A stretch of DNA of 64,000 nt from the human T2T-CHM13v2.0 reference genome, Homo sapiens. Below are positions 43,980-64,000 of this stretch, piece after piece. Below the pieces are notes generated by a model. That model did no database searches. It saw nothing but the letters and a program-made list of their open reading frames with translations, and had not been told where the DNA came from. The position numbers were made by a program, and so were the translations under genes. The stretch is taken from the NCBI RefSeq assembly GCF_009914755.1, contig NC_060933.1; one strand, written 5' to 3'. How positions within the stretch are numbered: position 1 is the first letter of the stretch; each line of letters starts with the position of its first letter.

Positions 43980-44226
43980 CTATTAGCTGCAGCCTGCCAC
44001 AGTCGGCAGGCTAGGGTCCCCTGAGAAGGGGTGCAGAGAGGGGTTTCTTGCACAGGATGGCGGTTGGTCTATGTAACAGGTCAGCTGATAATCTCTGATT
44101 CCAAGGTGAGAGTCGAAAGTTCTAAGTGTCAAGTTTCTTCTCCACCCTCCTTTCCCAAGGGGCCAAAGCAGAGGCCACAGCTGTGACCTGCCCTTAGGAA
44201 TGCCAGGACACCTAGTGGGAATGCTA

Positions 44227-44394
<168 letters not shown>

Positions 44395-44817
44395 TCAGGA
44401 AGAAGAACAGGCAGGGAGGGTGAGGACCAGCAACTCTCACTCCAGAAGGAAGGGGTGAAGCCAGCAACATGCCCACTCGCCACCACTGGGAGGACTAGAG
44501 CCGCTTCCTGGAACCCAGCCCAAACCCCTTCTGCTGTAATTGCACTTTCCAGAAAAAGGACACATGCCTTCCCACCCCACTGTCCCAACTCTAATATGAG
44601 AGGGCCCTATGGAAAGGGCTGGAAGCAGGGTCTGCGACTGGGATCCTAGAAGATGACTGAACCATCTTCACTGATTTTCCTTGAATTTCAGCAGGCGTAG
44701 GTGTAGGGGAACAGCTTTCACCTTAGCACAAGTTTCTCCACAGCCCTTCAGGCCTGGACCATAAAGGTGGGAAGCCTCTCACTCATCCCCCAGCTGCCCC
44801 AAAGAAAAGCTCATGTA

Positions 44818-45645
<828 letters not shown>

Positions 45646-47830
45646 GAACGTACTATGTCTGTTCCCCTTGTTCAAGCCTGAAAATACTTCTGCAGCAGCT
45701 GTAAAGCATTGTTGCCCTGAGCCCCCTGAGTGTCCCTCAAAGCTGCTCCAATGCCTTGCCCTGGTCTCCTCTCCCACCTGCCCATAACTAAAGGTTTTAT
45801 GCCCACAGAGCAGGCAGTTTCCAGGACCTGTGCTACAGACCTTGTTTATTCTGACGGGTCAGTGCCTGTTGTACTGGATAGTTAAGCATTTTGATTATCA
45901 TCCCAGAAAGACCAAGAGATAACGGAGAAGCCAGCGGCAATGACATGGGGCAAAGGTGTGCAGGCAGGTGAGAGCAAAGATCAGAGATTGCAGGTGTATG
46001 TGTGAGGAGGGGTGGTGGGAGACAGGCACGTGAGGGTCTGAGGCGCCCTGCCCTGCTTGGGAGGCCCTGGCAGCAGCTCCTTGCCTGCCAAAGGCTCAGA
46101 CCTGGCTCCATCCCAGGACGCCTTGGAGGGAGGAGCTGTCAGAGCCAGTTCCACCACCTTGGGGCTAATCTTCCTCTTCCTCCCCCAACCCCTGCCCTGA
46201 GTTCTCGGCCAGCACCGCCCCCTGCCCTCACACCAGGTATCTCAGAGAAAGGGGCTTTCCTCACCCCAAAGCCAACCCTGATTCTGCCACTGCAGGCCTA
46301 GGCTCCCAACACGCAGGTAGGCAGGCAGGCACTCACCCACTACAAAGGGATCCCCAGGCCTGCCCCTCCAGTTCATGCAGTCCTTGAAGTTCTGCTTCTC
46401 ACTGATATCCAATACCTCACATCCATCTGAGTCTGCAACCCTTCCCCTAAAATTTAACACTCTTCTTTTGTGGTCTGGGATAAGCCTGATGATCCTGGGG
46501 CTCAGTGGGAGGACTAACGGCTCCTTTGTGAGAGAGTGAACTGAGACTTGGGAGGGAATGAGGAGGCCCCTCTAGGAAAATAGAAGACATCATCCTCCCC
46601 TAGCCTGGCTGCTCTAAAACAGGTGGCTGGACTCAGGACTCCGATAGGAGTGAGGGCTCCGAGGCAGGAGAGTGATAAAGGCCACCTCCTATTGCCTTCT
46701 TGGCACAGGAGAGAGGGGCTAGGGCTGGCTGATAGGACGACTAATCTTATGGGAGGCTGTGGATAAAATGCCCCCTGTGGCTTCCCCACTTCCTATTCTT
46801 GGAAGCCAGAAGTGGGTTTCAGCCCTCCTCTGCCCATAGATCCTGATCCTCAACCATTTGGGGATCCCTACTTGCCCTTAGTTAGGCTTCCTAGTCCACA
46901 GTGGGCCAGCTGGTCTGTACTACCCAGGGCTGGGGCAGGAACGGAGTAACCCACTCACTGCAATGTAGCAACTGAACACAGAGGAAAACAGGTGTAACCA
47001 CATGAGCGGCTGAAAAATCAGAGTAACTGGGACAGGAAATAGAACATAACTGGTGGGTCTGCCAGACCTAAGAAGTGCAAACAGAGTCACTCAGAACAAA
47101 ACCAGGGTGAAACTGGTGTGACCAAGGAGTAACTAGGACTGAGGAGTAACTCAGGCAGGGAAATGCTCACTCAGAGAACCCACAGAGTAACCAAGAGGCC
47201 AGGGAGTAACCAGAATGCTTGTCGTCTTCTGCACAGACGCTGACAGCATCTGTCTGGATAACAGACAGGGCCTGGGAGTCGCTGAGCACCAGGTGAGCAA
47301 CTTTAGACACGCGTCCTCTGTGCCTGGGCCTAGCTTCCTCCCACCCTTCTACCGTCAGAATCTGCCTCCCTTCCCACTTCGCTGTTCGCAGCCCATGTGG
47401 CCTGCACCCTCTGCCCCCACTCGTGCAAACTGTCCTCACTCACTTCAACCTTTGGACTTTTTGAGGCTTAATTATTCATTAGAGGCCAGACACCCAGGAC
47501 CCAAATAACCTAATAATGGCTCATTTGCCTCCGCCCCCTCCCCTACATCTGGGGGCTGGGATTCTGGGAATCTGGAGGGGTGTGGGAGGCAGGGGAAGTG
47601 GCTGGCTGTCCCAGACTGCAAGCGTGACCGCTGCCCCCAGCCTGTTGGCTGAGTCACTTGTGGGAGGGTAAACGATCGGCACTATCACTGGGGAGTAACA
47701 GCTGTCATTCTGGCAAGAGTCGGAGCTGTCAGAGAGGGGGTTAGAACCGTGGGGAAGAGGACTTTGGAAGTCAGCTTGATCCTCCGCGGTTAAGCGTGGG
47801 GGTCAGAGCTGGGGAGGTGGGTCCAGGCTA

Positions 47831-48215
<385 letters not shown>

Positions 48216-48828
48216 CCTCGGCTGGGAGGCTGGTGCGGACGCCGGGTGGAGGGAGCTGCGGGCATGGAGTGTGAGGAGCTTTGAGGGACGGGTGGCCTTC
48301 GGAGGGCGCTTAAGGGAGGGGACGTCAAGGGGGCTGAGAGGCTTAGGCAGATCTGAGAGCCAATGGTGGGATTATAGGCAGGGTTCAGGGCCATGGCTGG
48401 AGAGGATGCAGCTGTCATAGAGACCACCTGCGCCCTGTGATCACCCCACTTCCTTGCGGGCAGGAGGAGACCTGTCAGAAAGAAACTGGCCGCATCTCTC
48501 CAGGATGACTGGACCCAACAGATCCTCAGTTCGAGGCAGGAGGAGGAGGCTGCGAGCCCCAAGTGAGAAGCAACACTGTCTCTTCTGTCAGGACAGATAA
48601 GGCACCGACCCTTCAAGGGGACAGCTAGTGTCAGAGGGGCAGCAGTCCAGACTCAGGTGGGCACACAGACACACGTGCTGAGTTCCAACCAGACTTCATG
48701 GGCCCTTCTCCCTGTGCTATGAGCACGTCGTGTGTCGCATGTCCTGGCCAGCTATGTCCACAGCTGTGTCTACACATGGCGGATGTCCTGTGTGCCTAAT
48801 TGTACGGCTGGGCATTCCTCGTGGCTGT

Positions 48829-48865
48829 GCACATGCCTGTTGAACATGGCTAGGTGACCTAGCTT
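48829..48865. promoter_or_regulatory. Candidate p53/p63/p73 response element (three half-sites)
   Basis: GCACATGCCT (48829-48838), GAACATGGCT (48842-48851) and GACCTAGCTT (48856-48865), each one mismatch from RRRCWWGYYY. AQP3 is known to respond to p53-family members. Confidence 0.55.
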
Positions 48866-49028
48866 GTCACACGTGTACCTGCGTGCATTGCTCACATGGC
48901 TCCAGAGGCTGAGCTGCAGTTGCCCCGACATGCCACATGCCACATGTTTGCCAGCAGGCTGAGTCCCAGCTGTTTTTAACCCTCTCCTCTCCCATCTGAC
49001 TTACCCCCAGCCAAGGAAGAGTCTGTCT

Positions 49029-52772
<3,744 letters not shown>

Positions 52773-55035
52773 TCACATGGGTTTTCTCGTGGGCTGCACC
52801 AGGAAGTAGCTAGTTACACACACAATTATGGATTTGTCTGTCTTATATACGTTGAGCAGCATTTATTTATACATATGCAGCTACCTGTACTCACCCATGT
52901 ATGCATGCATGTATGTGTCTATCTATAATCCTGGACTGCAGCTCACCATAGAGTATCTTTGCAACCCCCTCCAGTCAATGCAGCTGCATGCCAAGGCACA
53001 TGGTTTAGCTAGCAGAACAAGGGCTGGGTCTCAATGTCCTTGTTCCCCACCCCCTCCATCAGGGCCCAACCTTCAGGACCATGACTCCGTGAACTCTCAC
53101 CAAACTCATTCATGTCCATACCTCATGTGTACACGCATGTTCATACATATACGTACACATACACATTGGAGTGGCTAGAGTTGGAACTGAGAAGACATGG
53201 GTAGATCTTCGTGCTTCTTCTTAATGGATGTGAGAGGACTCTGGCTGGAGGAAGGGGAAGGATGCAGTACTTTCCATGGGCCCCTTATTCCTGTCAGCCC
53301 TCCTTGGGTCACCTGGGACAGAAAGGGGTCAGGATCTGAGGATGCCTGTGCAGAAGCACCGGACTGGCCTGACTCGGGGGGGCAGAAGCCCACTGCTCCA
53401 TTTTGCGACCCTGGGAGCAGCATTCCCTTTGTAGTCAATGTGGTTGGCGCCCCCTAGAGCCAAAGGCGGAAGAAAGCATGGCTCCACAGAGAAGAGACTG
53501 AGCTTGGTGAGGCCCCAGCCCTCTGAGTCACAGCTTGCCCAGGGTCCTCAGGGCTTCCGCTTGTGCTTTGGGAAGGAGAGCCAGGGCTGAGTGCAGGCTG
53601 GGAGCCAGCCCTCCTGGGTGCTCTGGGAGGAGGCTGATGAGGAGGTTCCCCCTCCTCCCAGGGCATCTTGAGCAAGGCCTGTGTCTCACCTGGGTGGGAG
53701 GAGCTGAGCCAGGGAAGGGGCCTGAACAGCCCCATCCACCCCGTGGGAGCCCATGACTTCTTTAAGGTCAGAGCTGGAGGAGTGGGTTCCCAGGCAAGGG
53801 AAGGGCTAAGGATGCAAGTCTCAGCCTGCTGGACCAGAGGGGCTGGCTGGGGCCCTTTTAAGGGGTGGGAGTGCCACACCTTTCATTTCCTGACCCCAAA
53901 CTCTTTCTGCTTGAATGGGAGCAGCCCGAACCAGCAAAGAAAGAGACCTGGGCCTTCCTTGTTGTTAGTGAGTCAGAGGTGGGGGTGGAGACATAGGAAG
54001 CTACTCACTCTAGAGTACCCCCAAACCCCTAATCTCTTCCAGAGCATTGGAGTGGGGTGGGGGAGGGGCAGAGCAAAGCAGACATGCAGACATATTCTAG
54101 TTTAGGAAGCACTTCCTCCCACTTTGCAAAACAGCTCCCAGAAATGAGTGTATTTTCCCCATTTCACAGATGACAAAACTGAGATTTAGAGAGAAGTCAC
54201 CTGCTGAGGTCACTCAGCCACTGAGTGCTGATCCGGGATTCAAACCCCATAGGGATGGGGAGGACAGGTAAACAGGGCAGAAAGACTAGGGAGCCACAGG
54301 TCTGAGGCACAGGGAGAGCAGGGACCCCGGGCACAGAACCCCATTGAGTCCCTCCATGCTCAACCCTGCTTTCCAGAGTGTGCTCCCACTCTTAGGCCAC
54401 TGTTGAAAACTGTTCCTGCATCTAGGCTTCAAGGGTGGGGAGCTGGCTGTGGACTGGAATCAGGAGCAGAGAGCTGAGATGAATTGCCCTATTAAGAGTG
54501 TCCCCAGACTCCTCCTCCTGCGCCAACGCAGCTACTTCCATCTTTAAATGGGTGACCTGGGGGAGAGCCCATGAATACAAACTCCGCCAGCCTTGGGCAC
54601 CTTCAGCTGGATGTCCAGCTGGGCCTTGAGAAGAATCAACCTTTGACCCATACCCTGGGGACTCTGGGTTCACAGCCTGGTGTCCCTGACCTGCCCTCAG
54701 CAGCCTTTGAGGGTTTAGGACAGCTAAGGGTCATGTTGAGACAGCAGAGCGATAGGATGGAGGCTTAGACCTAGAGGCTAAGAGTGCAGAGTCCTAGGGA
54801 CTAGGCTGATGGGGACAAAACTCTCTTGCACACCCAGAATCTGAGCTCCAGGCTTGGCTTGGCCACTGAACAGTAAGGTCACCTAGATGGCTCTCTTCTC
54901 CCACCCCCACAGAGTCTCTCTCAGTGTCTTCATCTGTCACCTGGAGGTTTCAGTTGAAGGGGGCCCCCACCTCCCGGTGGGGCCCTTGTAAGAATCAAAG
55001 AAGATTGTATGTTTCCGGCTTTGAAAACTGTACTA

Positions 55036-61096
<6,061 letters not shown>

Positions 61097-61939
61097 CCAG
61101 CAACCCTGGCCCTCCCAGGAGCCCATGGAGTGACTGTGGACAAATAGTCCAAGGGACCAAGGGAGGCAAGAGGAAGAGCCAAGGGTGACCATGGACCACG
61201 GGGCTCCACAAGGGATGGGATTACATTTCACTCCTGGAAAATAAAGCCTGGCACGTTGATGCTTGAAGCTCAAGAATGAATAGCAGAGGGAGAGATGTGG
61301 ACTCCAGCTCACACAGCCAGCCAATTTATTCCCTCCCTATTCTAACTTCAACCCTGGGCTGAGCTGCTCCATGGCAGTGACAGTAGAGGCAAGCAGTGAT
61401 TCACAAAGACCAACAGTTGAGACAGAACTGGAGGCCAGAGTTCCCACATGCAGCTTCTCATCTTGAGGATGGAGCTTGCTAGCCAGGCATCAAAGTTCCT
61501 CACACAACGGGCCCCTGCGCTGAGCCTGTTCTCTCACTCAGAAAATGAAGGTAAATGAAAGTACCTACTCCATACGGCTCGTTATGACTGTACGACAAGT
61601 TTCCGCACATAAGATACGGATACCACCACCTAACCCCGCCTGGCACCTATTAAGCCCTCAATAAACGTCAACTCTATAATCTCTTAGGCTTTCTCTTTCA
61701 CCGTCACCACCCACTTCTTGCAGGCAGATTTCACAAATGGATTCCCTTTACTCTGCAATCTTCCAGTGGGCTTCTCTGCCCCCCATCTGCCTGTGCTGGA
61801 TGGCCCCTGAGCAAAGCACTGTAATAGGTGCTAGGAAGGACACGAAGAAGTCTATGTTCAAACATGTTCTTGCCCTCAAGGAGTTTACATACAAGAAACC
61901 AGGTTAAAATTATGTGAAAGGGGCAGACAGGCCAGGAAT

Positions 61940-63161
61940 ACGGGGGAAATTAAGCAATTTAACTTTTTATTTAAAAGAGATGGGGTCTCTCTGTTGCCCA
62001 GATTGGTCTAGAACTCCTGAGCTCAAGTGATTCTCCTGACTCCCTAAGTGTTGGGATTACAAGCATGAGCCACCACGCCCAGCTGCAATTTAATTTTAAA
62101 TCAGAGTTCAAAACAATAGAATTTATGCCACTGTGTGTGCCTGCCAAACGAACTGAACAGACAGTAACTGCTCTAATAGTTCAGAGGAGGGAAAGATCAC
62201 CTCAGGCTGGGGGCGAGGGATGGGCTTAAGGAGGGGCACTATTTGAGCTGAGTCTGGAAAAACAGCCAGAATTACAGGAAGCAGAGAGGCTACCAGAAAG
62301 TGGGTGTAGACCAGACTGAAAGGAGGCAGCATTCTCCTCCTTGGGCCCTGGGAGCTCCTGGGGAGTAAGACTTGAGTCTCCCCCATCTCTGCAACCCCAC
62401 TGCAGGTACATAGTAGTGGCAGTTTGTGACATGAACGGGCAAACAGCCAGGGCAGATGCAGCTAACGGGTAGCCCCCAGTGCTTTTTGCACCTCTCCAAG
62501 ATTGGGTGACTACCAGTCCCCTGACCCCTTCACCTACCCAATCCTTTCCTGTCCTCGGTTCTTTTCCACTGTCTCCACCCTGGGAAGTGGCATCAACACA
62601 GGAGGGCATTGTGCTCCTTCAATGTGGTCTATTCATACACATATAGCCCCTTTCCACTGCTCAGTGTCGGTGATGTGACTCAGAAGGGCCACATTTTCGC
62701 TGGGTCCCATCTAAAGGCCTGACACTGCAGTGAAGGGCATGCTAAGTCTAGGCACAGGTCCTGGCAGCAGGAAGGAGACAGAGCCTCTCCCAGGCACACA
62801 TCCCCTTCTCTGTTTCTGGAAGAAGACTAAGAAAGGAGTGGGAAATCGCAGGGAGGTCCAGGCCCAGGGCTAATAGGTGGATGGATCTCCTGGGTTCAGT
62901 TCCTTCTCTGAGCTGGCTCCCACTCCTCTTCTGGGATGGTGAGGCCCAGGAGACTACATGGGCCACCATGCCCCTGCCCCAATGCTGGAGCATCAGAGAG
63001 AAAGTTGGGGCTGGGTTTTGTTGGAGATGATTCAGCATGTTCAGCCAGCAGGCCCTCCATGGAGGATTCATGTCCAAGGAGGGTGGAGGTCATCCTACTG
63101 ACATCTTGCTCTAGAGGTCCAATGTCCTGCTGTCCGTCTACAGCTTGCTCCAGAGCTGGGA
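61940..63161 (-). other. NOL6: NOL6 3' UTR (3' end uncertain)
   Basis: Follows the stop codon. Candidate signals are ATTAAA at 62089-62094 and AATAAA at 61966-61971. Confidence 0.6.
61963..62083 (-). mobile_element. Alu monomer (FLAM-like) in the NOL6 3' UTR, inside L2-derived sequence
   Basis: Antisense left-monomer sequence flanked by the TSD gcaatttaa (~61954-61962 and 62085-62093). Confidence 0.85.
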
Positions 63162-63311
63162 TCACACAGTCCACCTCTCACTTCGGGCCTCCACAGTCTG
63201 CACCAGGCCTTCACCCAGCACAGCAAAGTCCTCCAGGATTGCTTCAACATTGGGCACCATTACTAGCTCCCCACCTCGAGACATCACCATGCGCCCCTTT
63301 GTGCTGGAGGC
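63162..63311 (-). CDS. NOL6: NOL6 last exon, coding part (150 nt including TGA)
   Basis: cag|GCC TCC AGC ... ASSTKGRMVMSRGGELVMVPNVEAILEDFAVLGEGLVQTVEARSERWTV*. All three exons join in phase 0. Confidence 0.93.
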   Translation of the reverse strand, partial: ASSTKGRMVMSRGGELVMVPNVEAILEDFAVLGEGLVQTVEARSERWTV

Positions 63312-63530
63312 CTGGGGAAATCAGAGAAGAGATGTGGGTTGAGTGTCACAGCGGCACACCCAGAGACACCAAGCTGGGTACAGAGTGGGGGTGGTGGGGA
63401 TAGAAACACAAGCCCATACACTCCGCACCTGACACGGGTTTGCCCATAGGACAGACTACACACAGACATGCATGCCCACACAGAACCACGTGCACACACT
63501 CAGGAACACAGCTGTCACCAGCCAGCACAC

Positions 63531-63632
63531 CTTGAAGGGCTGCGGCTGGAAGCTGGTGGGCTTCCAGAGGACACCAATCACCTCTCCACCATGCTGGTCA
63601 TAGAAGAAAAGGGCCAGATCCCCAAAGGCCTC
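63531..63632 (-). CDS. NOL6: NOL6 penultimate exon (102 nt)
   Basis: ctag|GAG GCC TTT ... TTC AAG|gtgtgc; encodes EAFGDLALFFYDQHGGEVIGVLWKPTSFQPQPFK. Confidence 0.93.
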
Positions 63633-63744
63633 CTAGAAAGGGACAGAACAGAGAAGATTATAGGCAGGCATTTAAGAGCTCCTCCACAGCCTCAGCTTCA
63701 CCTGGAAGTCCCCTCCCCAGGTCATTCAGCTGTTTAGGACCAAC

Positions 63745-63939
63745 CCTGAGCTGCGTCAGATAGAGCTGAGGAGGATCATAGCCCAGCACGGGCATCAGGG
63801 ATGAGGGCCCCGGCTGGCTGAGCAGGCCCCGGCAGAAGGAGGCAGCTGGCGAGTCCACAGCCTGGCGGTGCCGCGGGATATGGCGAGGAGACAGGCGAAT
63901 CAGCACGTCGTAAATGTCCAAGGGCGGCCGGAACACTGT
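63745..63939 (-). CDS. NOL6: NOL6 third-last coding exon (195 nt)
   Basis: ttag|ACA GTG TTC CGG ... CTC AGG|gttggt; encodes TVFRPPLDIYDVLIRLSPRHIPRHRQAVDSPAASFCRGLLSQPGPSSLMPVLGYDPPQLYLTQLR (Nrap/Utp22 family C-terminal region). Confidence 0.93.
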
Positions 63940-64000
63940 CTAAGGAAGGGGAGAAGGAGGGGTCAGCAGGACCCCCTTGACTGAGGAACTGGACCACAAA

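Noticed and set aside
62896-63174. 92-aa ORF overlapping the NOL6 stop as a possible alternative C-terminus
   Set aside because: Its frame has a TGA immediately upstream within the exon, so it cannot be reached from the normal acceptor, and it starts at a GTG.

Overview
Human (primate) genomic DNA that I recognise as chromosome 9p13. Three genes lie on the minus strand: the 5' end of AQP7 (non-coding exon 1 at ~2976-3122; first coding exon 1840-1890 with ATG at 1865), the complete six-exon AQP3 gene (CDS 42542-48028, 879 nt, 292 aa, both NPA motifs, all introns GT-AG), and the last three coding exons plus 3' UTR of NOL6. The rest is dense in Alu, L1, L2, MIR, LTR and DNA-transposon sequence. 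I see no convincing new multi-gene system, and most ORFs in the track are Alu- or low-complexity-derived. The most informative signals are retrotransposition footprints readable at base level: (1) a 5'-truncated SVA with a ~195-bp 3' transduction, a perfect 15-bp TSD and a cluster of apparent A>G changes; (2) a 34-nt tailless U2 snRNA retrocopy with an 18-bp direct repeat; (3) a RIDA/HRSP12 retrocopy that keeps its 5' end, loses its 3' half and shares its target site with a later Alu; (4) an intact ERV1 solo LTR; and (5) two local non-transposon duplications. Gene, repeat-subfamily and motif identities come from memory of the sequences, not from searches. Repeat boundaries are approximate unless a TSD is quoted.
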